Counted from the first letter of the stretch, positions 11,709 through 24,600 are shown. The stretch is DNA of 64,000 nt from Elsinoe ampelina (GCA_010093995.1 ML992501.1:1394566-1458565); one strand, 5' to 3'. Translations and numbers: made by a program. Notes: generated by a model from the letters alone, not told the origin.

Positions 11709-14423
11709 ATATACGCTATAGAGGTTTATAGCTCTCTCCCCTTTATAGCGCTACTAAATCGAGAGTAGAATTACCGCCTATTAGTATATATAAAAAGGCG
11801 TCTTTTTAGTAGGTCTAAATATATCTTAGCGAGCTAAAAGCCCTAGTATAGTTTCTTCTTAAGGCTTAAAAATGTAAAGCTAAAAAAAGATAGTATAGAC
11901 TAGCTCTTAAGGCTTAAAAATTAAAGCTAAAAAAAGATATAATAAGCTATTACTACTAGCTATTATATAGAAGCATTTATAACTCTTAACTATCTAGCAC
12001 TTCTAGAAGCTAAATGCTCTAAGTGCTTAGAGGCTAAGTACTCTAAGTACTCTAAGTACTTTAGCTAACTATCTCCTATAGTAGTATCTAAGCTCTTTAT
12101 ATTTACTATTAAGGTAAGAATTATAAAATCGATAGAGGAGGAGTTAGTAAGGCTAGAGAGAGTAGCAATAGTATAAAAGGTAGTACTAGAAATAAGAAGG
12201 AGAATATTAAAGACTAGTAAGGCTAGAGAGGTATAATAAAAGGTTATAGTAGTATTAGTAATAGAGAAGAAGGAGGTAAAGATTAGCATAAAGAGTTTAC
12301 TAAAGAGATTAAAGTACACCGCTGCCTTTTTTTAGCTAGCCTTTAACTACTTAGCTAAGTACTAAATTACGAGTTAGACTATAAGTTAAATTATAAGCTA
12401 GATAAGGCCTTTAAAGGCTTAATTCTCTTCTTGTAATTATTACGCTAGAATATAGCGTTAAGGTGTTACTACCTTAATTACTCGTATATAGTTTATACTA
12501 TTTAAGTTTATAAGTCTTTATAGCTAAAGAGTAACTTATAGTTTTACTAGTGCTTTTAAGCCTATTAACGCTTAGTATAAGTAATATAAGTCTCCTCCTT
12601 AAGCTATTTAAGTAGCTATTACTATTTATGCTTTTTAATTAAGTCTTCTATGTTAAGTATATATATATTAGCCTTTATATAATTCTTTAGCCTTGCCTTT
12701 TTAGTTCTTACCTCTTCTTCTAACTTAGCTACTCTCTTATAAAGAAGTATATTAGTGTTAGTAGCAATATTATAGCTCTTTTATAGCTTCTCTACTATTA
12801 CTTCTACTATAGAGTTAGTAAGATAGCGTATATAGCTAAGCTAATAGTTAAAATAATACTAAGTTTAAGGTGTAATATTAAGAGTAAAAGGAGTAACATC
12901 TAGTAGAGAGCTATCTAAGAGAACTTAAGAGAATAAGGTAGCTATAAGGCTATTAAGTCGATTAAGTACTTAGTGTAAATTATAAGGCTAGATTCTAGCG
13001 GCTTTAAAGGCGTTAAGTTAAGTATTATAGCTAAAGGTAATATTATAAATATTTAAATAGGCCTTAATAAAATTAATATATATAATCTTATTAACTACTC
13101 GGTGTACTTTAGCTTAGATCTTATATTAATAATTAGCCTTTAAAGCTATAAAGATTATAATATTAAGAGGCTAAAGAAGATATATTAAATACATAAAGAG
13201 AATAAGAAGAATAATACCTTTCTTATAAGTAAGTAATAGAAAGGGGAGCGACTTATAAGTGCTATAGCTATCTATTATAAGTAGCCTTTTATAGTGCTAG
13301 AGATTCTTCTCTTTTACCTCCTCTATTAAATTTAGATAGTAAGGTCTTATATACTTATAAAAAAGACATAACTACTCGATAGTATAATTCTTATCTAACT
13401 AGCCGTTTTATAATACTACTATCTTACTGTTTTATATACTATCTTATAGTAATAGTTAAGTAAGCTAGTAGCTCTAATTAACATTAATATTACTACCTTT
13501 AAGAATGATATAGAGGGGTATTTAATAGCTACTAGCACTTAGAGTCTTAATAGTTATAGCCTATGTTCTATCCTCTAGTTAGCGGCGTATTAGTGCCTTT
13601 AAGTCTCTCTTAATAACTAACTAAGCTAGGCTAGTTTAGCCTATTATATATCTAGTCTTATCTATGTTATATATGTTCTAACTATTAATATTATACTAGT
13701 TAATTGTTGCTTCTAAGGTGCTAAACTATAACTTAATAGAAGCTAGATCTTAGTTCTTATTTGCTCTTTTACTATTAAGGGCTTAAGTATACTTAAGAAA
13801 TAGTTCTAAATAATATTTAAGAAACTTATAAGGCTAGTTTTTACTAATAGACTAAGGCTAAGACTAGTAAGAGAGAGAGAGGTTATTTATCTAGTTATAC
13901 TAGATAATTTAATTAGTAAGTTTACTAATTATAGTATAAGTAGAAGAGTATCTACTATTAATAAGATACTTAATATATCTAACTAAGGCCTTCTCTTATA
14001 TAGAGGTAAGTTGTTATTATAGTATAGCTATACTTAACTACGTAGTATAGAGGCTCTAAATATAGTATAATAGAGTTATTATAACTACTTCTAGATAGTA
14101 ACAGGTAAGCTCTTTAAAGCTTAGAGAGTGTTTAGAGGTATAATATTCAGTAATTGTAGCTTAAATTGCCTCTTTATAGCATGTAGTAGTAGTTCTAGAA
14201 GAGGGTATATTATAGTAATTAGGTAGTTAATACTAAAGCTGTCGAGTAAAACTTAGAGATTTCTTAATTGCCTATTTAAGCTAAATACTAGAGCTACGGC
14301 TCGTACGCTAATAGGCGTCGCTTCTCGGCATAATATAGCTCGTCTCTATATCGAGTTAAATTAGTAAGCTTACTACTGTAGGCCTATAAAGGGGGGGGAG
14401 CTATAAACCCCTATGGCGCACGT
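11709..14423 (-). mobile_element. Fot1/pogo-type DNA transposon #2 (2715 bp), RIP-degenerated
   Basis: 40-bp TIRs at 11709-11748 and 14384-14423 are 33/40 identical, all 7 differences being transitions. TA TSDs at 11707-11708 and 14424-14425. Minus-strand relics: YNIDKTRYIIG (=YNMDETG) ~13660, RLLIIDSYSTY (=RLLIMDGHGTH) ~13270, and YLL*PLNI (=HLLQPLD) ~13170. Confidence 0.92.
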
Positions 14424-14713
14424 TACCTATCACATCTGAGCAAGTTTCCTATCAGCCCACGTTCCTCGTCAGCTGTCATGCTCTACCCGATCCCCGTTCC
14501 TCCTCCCAACGAACTCCTGGAGCCGCGCATATCGTGACTCTGTGCCACCGCGCCCTGGCCCCCGCCGATCCCAGTTCACCCAAGGCCGCCCGCGCCACCC
14601 GCGTCCAGATTTAGACGTCGCAGTCCCTCACCTTGAAATCCAGCTGAACTGCACCTCATAACCCACCAACTATGCCACCCTACTGACATTTTCCTCGCGA
14701 CCACCCCACCACA

Positions 14714-16525
14714 ATGGAAAAGTCGCGGTCGGCACAGGACGACTCCCCGCGCGCGCCCGCGGCGGCCATCAAGAAAGGCTCGGTGTGGACGGCGTGGCTG
14801 TACCTGTTCGACTGGTACCCGAGCCACTACCCAGCCGAAGAGAGGAGGTTGATGCGGAAGATGGACGCGTGTCTGCTGACGTTTTGTTGTTTCATGTGTA
14901 GGTGACTCCCCTCCCTTCCCGTGGGCATCAAGCGGATATTTTTTTTGGTGGGAGAGAGAAGGGGGCGGCACTGATCGGTTGTGCTTAGTTTTTCTCAAGT
15001 GGTTGGATTCGTCCAATATCAACAATGCTTACGTCTCTGGGATGAAGGAGGATTTGGGCCTGGATGGGAATCAGTACTCGCTTTTTGGAACGTTTTACAA
15101 TGTTGGGTATTTGGTGTGTCAGGTGCCGTCGCTGTTGTTGTTGTCGAGGCCGGGGATCGCGAGGTGGTATTTGCCGACTATGGAGGTGTTGTGGTCGGTT
15201 CTTACTTTCTGCCAGTCGCAGGTGCGGAATGAGTATGATATCTATGGGACGAGGTTCTTGCTGGGTCTTCTGGAGACGCCGGCTGCTTCTGGTGCTACTT
15301 ATGTCTTTGGCTCATGGTACAGGCCGGAGGAAGTGTTCAAGCGGGCGGGGGTCTGGTATCTCTCAAACAACGTGGGTGTGATCATGGGAGGTTATTTGCA
15401 GGCTGCTGCATATACGAATCTCAATGGCGTCGGTGGTATGGCCGGTTGGCGGTGGTAAGTGGACATGCTTCTATCGGGAGGCGTGACTGATGTCTTTCCA
15501 GGCTCTTCATTATTGATGGCATCATCAGTCTGCCTATCGCTTTTGCAGGGTTTATCATATTCCCCGGTCTCCCGTCAAGTCCGAAACCATGGTGGCTCAC
15601 ACCAGCGGAGCATGAATTGGCTCGCAAGCGCATGGAAGATGCGGGTGTGGCAGTAAGCACCAAGCTCAGCTGGAAGATTGTCAAGAGAGTCCTCTGCAGG
15701 TGGGAATTCTACATTGGCGTCTTTGCGTATACTTTGTGAGTGACTACACCCCACGTCCAGTCCCACATCACTGACTTGTCACTTAGCTTCTTGTCATCTT
15801 CATATCCACATGGCCAAATGGCTTTGTGGTTGAAAGATCAGGCTGCCAAGTATGGCAACTACACAGTACCACAGATCAACACAATACCCACTGGTGCTCA
15901 AGGCGTTTCGATCATTGCTGCTCTGCTCGCCACCTCGCTCTGTATGGTCTATCCTCTTTGGGCTATCTTCACCGTTGTGCAGGTTATCTACATGGTTGCT
16001 AACATCTCTCTTCTTGTCTGGAATGTACCCGTGGGGTGGCACTGTCAGTCGATGAATTCTGAAGTGCACCGCGTCTCGCTGATGTATGATAGTCACTTCC
16101 TACTACCTGCTTGGAGTATCGGCAGCAGTGACACCCATTCTTCTCCCGTGGGTCAATATGATCTTGCGAGACAATGCAGAGGAGAGAGCAGTCACTGTCG
16201 GCGCTATGGTAGGTCTTCGCGGCACCAATTCTTGATGTCTATACTGACTCCCACGCAGCTCACACTTGGCTGGGGCATCTTCTCCTTCTATCCTATCACT
16301 GTCTTCCCGGTCTTGGAGGCACCTCGATGGAAAAAAGGCTACAGTGTCAACATTGTGTTTGTGTTCATGACCTGGGCACTATTCATCGCTGGCCAGTATT
16401 TGTACAGGCGCTACGGACTTGGTCAAAAGCAATCGGAATGCTCGACACCGGACGACAAAAGTGCCAGCAGCCAAGACGGCATCGATGAGAAGAAGAGAAC
16501 GACGACTCATGTAGAGGTACGATAA
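14714..16525 (+). CDS. MFS transporter, anion:cation symporter family (FEN2/Liz1-like), 6 exons
   Basis: Motifs [36 protein letters not shown] and GMAGWRWLFIIDG. GT-AG introns at 14898-14988, ~15455-15501, ~15737-15786, 16044-16092 and 16209-16258. Confidence 0.9.
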
Positions 16526-17074
16526 TATTCTTGTATACTAGGATTCAAATAGCGACCATTTTCACACTCCACTCTCCCAGACCAAGACTGAGGGGTATGT
16601 GATCTGCAGATCACCCCACCGGCCACCCCCAGGAAGGCCACGCCTGCGGGGTAGCACACAAGCTTTTTCAATCTACATGGTTGAATTCTATCCCCTCTTT
16701 CTGGCCTTCAATGTCAAAAACACGCTGGTCAAGACGTCACGAGGTGATGGGCACGGCCGGCCGTCATTGTCACAAAAGGCAAGCGCTGGAAAGTACAACA
16801 CCGACTATGGCCCTCCCGCTGGATGCCCAGGCGCCGTCGTTTCCTTGTCTTTGCAAACAGCATCACTGCCTCGTAAAGTTGCTAGAGTGTGCTGATTCTC
16901 AGACGTCGATCAGGATGTGTACCTACTTTGCCCTGCATGGTCAAGACTATACTTGAGATGCGGCGCTTGGTCAAGGATTTTGCCCGCCGGAGGGTTGTCT
17001 ATAAGAACCACAGCTGGGATCTGGCCGTCATGAGTAGACATCTTTTCATCTCTTGATCTTCCAATCTACGAAGG

Positions 17075-18139
17075 ATGTTGTTCCCAAAACTCCTTATCTC
17101 GCTGGCCGTTTCTGTTACTGCTGTCTCAGCGGTGGCTGTGCCTGCGAAAAGACAAGACGAAGCCAAAGCGGCCTACTTCTTTGTCAATTTCCCTGTCTGG
17201 GATGAACAGATCTATTTTGCACTCTCTAACGGCAACGACCCTCATTCATACACGAGACTCTGTCTTGACTGCCGCAACGAAACCGAGGCGATCCTCAAGT
17301 CAAACGTTGGCACGAAAGGCGTTCGTGATGCGCACATCGTTCAGTCGAGAGACGGCAGCAAGTTCTACATGACGGCCACGGATCTCCAGGTCAATTCATT
17401 TACGGGAGACTTCAACGCCGCGACCAGGTTCGGCAGCCGCAGTATTGTGATTTGGGAGTCTGACGACCTTGCCACATGGAGTGCTCCACGCCTGACTCAA
17501 CCACTTGTCAACGCCTCCGCGGGTAATTTCTGGGCACCGGAGACAGTATGGGATCCCGAGCAGAACACTTTTGTCATGGTCTTTGCTTCTCGTTTTTGGT
17601 CGCCATCTGATCCTGACCGAACCGGTCGTCAACCTCCGAACGTTCTCATGTACATCACTACTGACGACTTTGTCACGTTTTCGGAGGCAAAGACATACAT
17701 CTCGCCTGGCTACCCTGTCATCGATACTACATTCTACCACGCCACTGAGGAAGGGCCCAACGTGTGGTACAGATTGGTCAAGAGTGAGGTAGACTACAAG
17801 ATCTATCAAGAGAAGTCAACTACAGGGCTCTTCGGGACCTGGACAAGAGTTGGAGGCGCTCCCAACTCACAACGGATCGAGTTCGCCCGTGACTTTTCCA
17901 ACAATGAAGGAGGTCTGATATTCCGAGACAACGTCGATCCTGGTCTCTACCACTGCTGGATCGACCAAAGTACTACAGAGCAATACATCCCTGCCCAAGC
18001 GCGCACTCTCAACGACATGGCCGCCTGGGAACGAGTTCCACTCGACAACTTCCCCACGAACGTCAAACACGGCGTCGTCGTCCCCGTCAATCAAGCCCAG
18101 TACGACCTCCTCCTGAGCGTTTACCAACGCAAAATCTAG
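17075..18139 (+). CDS. Secreted GH43-like glycoside hydrolase (five-bladed beta-propeller; putative arabinosidase)
   Basis: Signal peptide, then GVRDAHI, ATDL, GSRSIVIWESDDL, FWAPE, VIDTT, NEG and KHG motifs; single exon. Confidence 0.88.
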   Translation: MLFPKLLISLAVSVTAVSAVAVPAKRQDEAKAAYFFVNFPVWDEQIYFALSNGNDPHSYTRLCLDCRNETEAILKSNVGTKGVRDAHIVQSRDGSKFYMTATDLQVNSFTGDFNAATRFGSRSIVIWESDDLATWSAPRLTQPLVNASAGNFWAPETVWDPEQNTFVMVFASRFWSPSDPDRTGRQPPNVLMYITTDDFVTFSEAKTYISPGYPVIDTTFYHATEEGPNVWYRLVKSEVDYKIYQEKSTTGLFGTWTRVGGAPNSQRIEFARDFSNNEGGLIFRDNVDPGLYHCWIDQSTTEQYIPAQARTLNDMAAWERVPLDNFPTNVKHGVVVPVNQAQYDLLLSVYQRKI

Positions 18140-18146
18140 CATCCCC

Positions 18147-18998
18147 TTAGATAGCTTTCTCCACTTCAGCAATAAACCTCAAAACCTCCCTCTGACACTC
18201 CTCCGCCTTCTCCACATAGATCTCATGCCCCCTCCCATCAACCACCACCAACCTCGCCCCCTCCACCTGCGCCTGAATCCCCCTCTGCTCCTCCACCTTT
18301 GTCGCCGCACTCCTCGCCGGCGCCAGTATCAGCATCGGCACCTTGATATCCTTCAAGTAAGCCCTACTATCCAACCCGCTCAAAAACTCCGCATACCCCG
18401 CCAGCCCCTCCGCAGACGACACCCCGACCTGATCTTTCCACCACTCCACGTATCGCGGGTCAGGCACACTCACCGTTCCCGGCACCCCACTCAACGCCTC
18501 CGCCCACCCCCTACTCCCCAGCTCGCGACACGCAGTCGGCCAATCCTTGTGCCCAAAAGCGAACATCTCCAACGCAGGCGGCGGGACGTACGTCGGCGCC
18601 GAAATGATCGTGAGACTACGCAGGCGCTCCGGGTGTCGTGCGGCCAGCACCTCGCCCAGCATGCCGGAGGTGGACTCGCCGATGAAATGCACTGTTTCCT
18701 CGCCGAGTTGGTCCAGGGTGTCGATGATTTCGGCGATGATGGTGTCGAGGGTGTAGGCGTAGGTGGAGCCGGGAGCGGGGGTGGAGGAGAAGCCGTGTCC
18801 GCGTAGGTCGCGGCGGATGATGCGGTGGTGGGCCGAGAGGGCCGGGATCCAGTGGTGCCAGAAGGCGGAGTGGCGGGCGAAACCGTGTTGGATGAGGATG
18901 GTGGTCGAGAGGAGCCAGGGTGGGGTGTATGAGGAGATTTGCACGTGGGTGGTTTGGCCGGAGGGGTGGGTGAGGAGGAGGCCTGGGGGGGTGATCAT
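18147..18998 (-). CDS. Alpha/beta-fold hydrolase, intronless
   Basis: QHGFAR oxyanion region, RDLRGHG, nucleophile elbow GESTSG and C-terminal GHEI histidine motif. Confidence 0.88.
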   Translation of the reverse strand: MITPPGLLLTHPSGQTTHVQISSYTPPWLLSTTILIQHGFARHSAFWHHWIPALSAHHRIIRRDLRGHGFSSTPAPGSTYAYTLDTIIAEIIDTLDQLGEETVHFIGESTSGMLGEVLAARHPERLRSLTIISAPTYVPPPALEMFAFGHKDWPTACRELGSRGWAEALSGVPGTVSVPDPRYVEWWKDQVGVSSAEGLAGYAEFLSGLDSRAYLKDIKVPMLILAPARSAATKVEEQRGIQAQVEGARLVVVDGRGHEIYVEKAEECQREVLRFIAEVEKAI

Positions 18999-19285
18999 GG
19001 TGAAGAGTGAGGGCGATGAAGAAGATGGTGGTGGTAAGGATGGAGGGTCATGGTGTTGATGTGAGGGCTCGTGTACGATACTGTATGCGTATGCCCCTCA
19101 TGTTGGAGTGATTGAGGCACGAGCTGCTCACGTGACAAATGACAGACTGTTTGTGGGAAGTGGGGTGCAGTGCGGGGTGGCTTTTGGAGGCGGGGCTCGA
19201 GAAAAGCAGGAAAATACCCCTCGGGTTTGTCAAATTTGAATGGAGGAAATCAAAATACCATTAATCATTGCTCTGCAGCTATACT

Positions 19286-20941
19286 CTAAACATCCGTCTT
19301 GGTCACCTGGACGCTCGAAACAATAGCCAAGTTGGCAGCCTCATCCTCGGAGAACGTATTGTACATGTCAAAGTCATCCTTTTCTCCAAGCCCAGGCGGA
19401 GGAGCCACGGTGTTGAGTGCGTAGTGGATCAGGAAACTTATGGCAAACCCGAGAGGATATGCCAGAGCATATAGACGCTTGCATCCGACCGGCACTTCGA
19501 TTGCAGGGTTGACTGCATTGATGAAACCTGGAATCTGAGATGCGAATCCACAAGTCCAGCTAACAAAGGTCCGCCAATTGACTCCGTTCCAGAAATAGTA
19601 GATACCATCTGGTTTTCCGTGATACAGGTCACTGAGCTTGAGGGTCTCTTTACGGATGATAAAGTAGTCGCAAATCTGCACTCCGACCATGGGACCGAGG
19701 AAGACGCTGTAGGCAGAGAGCACAGTGATGAACGTTGCAGCCGATGAGAGCAATTCCCATGGGCACAGTGCGATCGACAGTACGAGACCAATGTAAGCAC
19801 CTCGTCTGATGTTGATGTACTTTGGCAGAATACCGGCCAAATCCATGCCAGCAGAAAAGGCATTGTCGATACTGTTGATGGCAAGCTGGCAAGTGACCAG
19901 GCCCAGACCAGCGAAGAAGGCGCCAGCTCTGGACCGAGCGTTGTAGTCCTCGTCAAGCCACTTCTGCGCGAGATCGGGAGGATTCCAAATGGCAGTACCA
20001 TAGATGCCTTGGGTTGCGGAAGAGGTCAAGCATCCGAATAGTGGGAGGATTGTTCCGAGTGTAATAATCGAGAAGTATTGACCGAAGACCTGGTCGCCAG
20101 GCTTGCGTGCGAAACGAGAGTAGTCGGGCTGGTTGGTGAGACCTACGGCGATACTGCCAATGGTGGTAGTAACGCCCGAAACAATGTTCCATCCAAGCTC
20201 TGTACTAGACTGGGGCTTTGCTGGGGCTGATAGGAGAGGACCACCGCCACCAGCTGCGTTGAGTGACCAAATCATCATGCAGCACAGGGTGATCAAAGAC
20301 ACTACGTTCATCCAGTAGATTGTCTTCTTTATTCTCTCTGGTGGAATATAACATACGGGCACCATTAGTACGTTGAATAGGACCCAGCCGATGAACTGCT
20401 TGGTGTTGAGAGCGGCGGAGTCTGGGAAGACGTCCCTCATACGCTGGAAGGAAGGGAAAATCGCGGACAGAATGACTTGTACACAGAGCCCTCCGGTCCA
20501 GGATTGCACCTACAGAGTCAGTGCTGATTTCGTCATTTGGAGAACTGGACTTACAGAAAACCACACAAGAGACAACATGATGCGCTGTACGAGAGCGAAA
20601 TAAGCCGCATTAAGGCCCCAGATGTACCGAGAGATGACCACGAAGCCGACATGCCAGACCGCTCCCACCTTGCCGTTAAAGACAGCAACAAGAGCGATAA
20701 GGACCTTGCCGACGATGATGGCAATGATGGCTTGCCATACCGATAGACCAGCAGCGACAAGTGAGGCGCCGAGCTGCCAGTTGCTCAACGCAATCTGGTT
20801 GATGGCCCAGAAGGAGATAAAGGCCATAGTGTTCCATGTTCGCCTATGAGGCGGTAGAGGTCGAATGTCATCGTTGATGTAGGTATCACAGTCATTGTAC
20901 TGCGAGGTGGGTACCCTCAGGAATTCCAGGACCTTGGACAT
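19286..20941 (-). CDS. NCS1 nucleobase:cation symporter (Fur4/Dal4-like), 2 exons
   Basis: Motifs NDDIRPLPPHRRTW, NQPDYSRFA, DLAGILPKYINIRRG and GVNWR. Intron 20554-20510 joins WFS to VQSWTGG. Confidence 0.93.
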
Positions 20942-21602
20942 GGTAACGAGAGAAGGACGTGCGTGACATGTGGTTGCAACCGTGGGCATGCGAGCCTAAT
21001 ATGGCCCCATGCTGATCCCGGGTTATCCATGAACTCCCGATGCATATCAGTGGTGGGGGAAGCCTCTATCGCCACAGATTCGTCTATCGCAAAGGGGGTG
21101 GCATGAGACAGACATGATAAGGGTCGGCTTGATTGACTGATATTGATAGACGTTCGCTGCAGCATGCCCGGACATGATTAGGGCATGGATCTCTGGTTGT
21201 TTGAGTGCCAAAGTTGGAGTGCGGTTGAGCGGGTAAATGAGGGTCGAAATCGCGTGGAAGGACCCTGAAGCCCCGAAACGTCTCCACTCGGACGTGCCCC
21301 TCGGCCTGATAACGCGACCTCTCCATACCGCAAGCTCCAACGAGACGTGCCCGATTCTTACGAGTATGCTATTGTCTGAGACCTATCGTTTGCTGGTTAA
21401 TGCTACCGCGCGGCAGGACTGGCTCCGGTACGACCACGACGGGTTCGGGTGAATGTTGATGGAATGGATTGCACGGCGATACTAAAGAAAGGCATTCGCC
21501 GCTGCTAGATGGTCACATTGTGTTGACATTGAACCATTCTCGAGACTACACGACATATCCAAGCCTCCACGACAAGTCATCCAACCTGGAACCACAACCA
21601 AA

Positions 21603-24600
21603 ATGTCCTTACGATATCGCGTTGGCGTTGACGTCGGAGGCACAAACACAGATGCGGTGGTGCTGAGCATCGCAGCAGATGGCTCTGTCCAGGATGTGGT
21701 GTCAGCATTCAAGACTCCCACCACACCAAACGCCACCGAGGGTATCACAATCGCTTTGAAGCATGTTCTGGACGTGTCAAAAGTACCGACCGAAAGCATT
21801 GATTGCGTCGTCATTGGAACCACAGCATTTCTCAACGCAGTAGTTGAACAAGATCCCAGAAGACTGAGCAAAGTTGGCATTATTCGACTATCTCGGTCTT
21901 TTCTGAGAGAGATTCCTCCCTTCAGTGACTGGCCGGAAGGCCTCGCGGCAGTCTGTGATGGTTACACAGGCCACATTGACGGAGGGCTGGCGATTGACGG
22001 CAGTCAGGAGGCACCAATCAAGGAAGCTCAAGTCATTGAGCAATGTAAGGAAATCAAAAAGCTCGGTCTGACGGCTGTGGTCGTCGCTGGTGTCTACTCT
22101 CCCATTGACGAGGTCTTCAAGCAGGAAGATAAGGTTGCGGAGATTGTGGCGAGGGAACTACCAGAAGTCGACATTGTCAGATCACATACAGTCTCCAACA
22201 TCGGTTTCAAGGAGAGAGAGAATGCCTCAATTCTCAACGCCGCCATCCTTCGATACGCAAGACGGACTCTACGGGAGTTCAAGGCCTCGATGAAGGCACT
22301 CAACCTCACATGTCCGCTCTACCTTACTCAAAACGACGGTACAGTGGTGGATTGCAAAACAGCTAGCGACGTACCGATCCGGACATTCTCATCTGGACCC
22401 ACGAATTCCATGCGTGGTGCCGCTTTCCTTGCCGGTATCCGCGGCATTCAAAGTAGTACCACGATTGTTATTGACGTTGGCGGGACTACCTCGGATATCG
22501 GCATTCTCGAGAAGAGCGGCTTCCCACGGCAGGCTTCTGCATATGTGTCAGTGGCGGACGTCATGGTGAACTACTCGATGCCTCAACTACATTCTATTGG
22601 CATCGGTGGCGGCTCAATTGTCCGGACTTATGGAGACAAGGTCGTCGTTGGTCCGGATTCGGTCGGTCACAGACTCCTAAAGGAAGGACTGGTATTTGGA
22701 GGTTCAACCTTGACAGCTACTGACATTACTGCTGCTGCTGGAGATGCTGACGTTGGCAAGGTCGAGGCAGTGTCACATCTGGAGAAAGATTTCGTCACTA
22801 AAGCACAAGACAACATCAAAGCACAGCTCGAGACCGCCATCGACCGAGTCAAGACTTCTCCCGAGCCGCTCAGAGTCTTACTCGTGGGTGGCGGGTCTAT
22901 CGTAGCACCGAAAGAGCTCAAGGGCGCAAGCGAGCTGGTAGTTCCTCCCCATCACGATGTCGCCAATGCTGTCGGAGCAGCCATTGCTAGCGTCAGCGGA
23001 GTGGTCGATATGGTGCAGAACACCTCCGTGAAATCACCCGCGGAGGTACTCGAACACGCCAAGACTCTCGCTGTAGAGAATGCCATCGCTGCAGGCGCAA
23101 AGAAGGACTCGGTCGTTGTGGTCGAGGTTGACTCTATTCCTCTTCAGTACGTCACGAACCAGGTCCGCACGATTGTCAAGGCTATAGGAGAGCTCGATTC
23201 TAGTGCACCCCGGCCAGATGACGGCTTAGGAGACGCAAATCCAGAGGCAGATGCCACTGCGCATGCAACTCCGGAGGTCCAGAGTAAGAAGCAATACACC
23301 GTCGAGACTGTCAATCCTACAGTCTACCGTCCAAAGATCGTAGAGAATGAGGAAGGTATTGCCGAGTGGCACATCACCGAGACCGACTTGTTGTGGTTCA
23401 CCTGGGGTATGTATATCCTCGGATGCGCTGGAGGAGGTAACCCAGATTCCTCGCGAATCCTGCTCAGGGATCACCTTCGCAAAGGTCACAAGATGAGAGT
23501 CATCGATGCCTCGTCCCTCAAAGATGACGCAAATATCTATTGGGGAGGACACATGGGCTCACCAGCTGTTTCGGTCGAGCGTCTGGCTAGCACTGAGACC
23601 GTGCAAGCTGTTCGAGCTCTCATGAAGTACATGAGACACGACTCCTTTGACGCAGTCATGGGCTTGGAGATTGGAGGCGCGAATGGTCTCGAGCCCTTCC
23701 TCATCGGTTCCTCGAAGTATTTCGACCGCCCAGTCATCGACGCTGACTGGATGGGACGAGCCTATCCAACGTAAGTTTACAGTGACTCTCACGATATCTG
23801 CTATGAAACTAACTCCAAAATGTTACTGGCAGACCACAATCGCTGCACACAAGCCCGGCGAGCTCGTTCCCTGCGCCATCGATTCAGGAGATGGCAAGAC
23901 AATCATAATGACCCGGGCGCCAGACGATGAGATTGTGGACCGCGCTCTTCGTGCGTCCTGTAGCGAGATGGGCTCCCGAGTTGGCATGGCCGCAAAGCCA
24001 ACCAAGACGGAGTACGTCCAGAAGTACGGCGTCATCAACACGGTCTCTCTGGCGTGGCGAATCGGTCGATGCATCGCTGTCGCGCGGGCTACGAACACCA
24101 TCTCTCGCGTTGCTGAAGCTATCGTAGAAGAGGCGGGAGGCAAAGAGTCCGCGAAGATCCTCTACCGCGGCAAGATCACCGCCGTGGAGCGGAGACTGTA
24201 TAAGGGCCACTCGCTGGGCAAGATCATCATTTCCGGTGCATCAGAAGAGGACTCCAAAGACGCTCTGGGTGGCGATGCCGAGGCTATCGCGTGGGGAGGC
24301 ACGCTGGAAATCCCATTCAAGAACGAGAACATCCTTGCCGAGCATACCAGTGAAGGTGGAGAGAAGAAGATTATCGCCACTGTTCCGGATCTGATCGCTG
24401 TGCTGGATGCTGGCACTGGGCTTGCACTTGGTGTGCCGGAGTTCAAGTACGGTGTTCCTGTTGTTGTGGTGGGTATCACCTGCTCGCCGAGGTGGACCGA
24501 GGCGCCGATTGGATTGGAGATTAGTGCTCCGCCAATCTTTGGGTTTGACGTGGACTATATGCCTCTTGGGAGGTTTGTCGAGCCGCGAAGTGTTATCGAG

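Noticed and set aside
11857..11939. Tandem duplication of ~33 bp (CTTAAGGCTTAAAAAT...AAAGCTAAAAAAAGATA)
   Set aside because: Real, but only an internal subterminal repeat of pogo #2 with no independent significance evident.
12065..12319. 84-aa hydrophobic ORF
   Set aside because: Inside RIP-mutated pogo #2; composition reflects AT enrichment.
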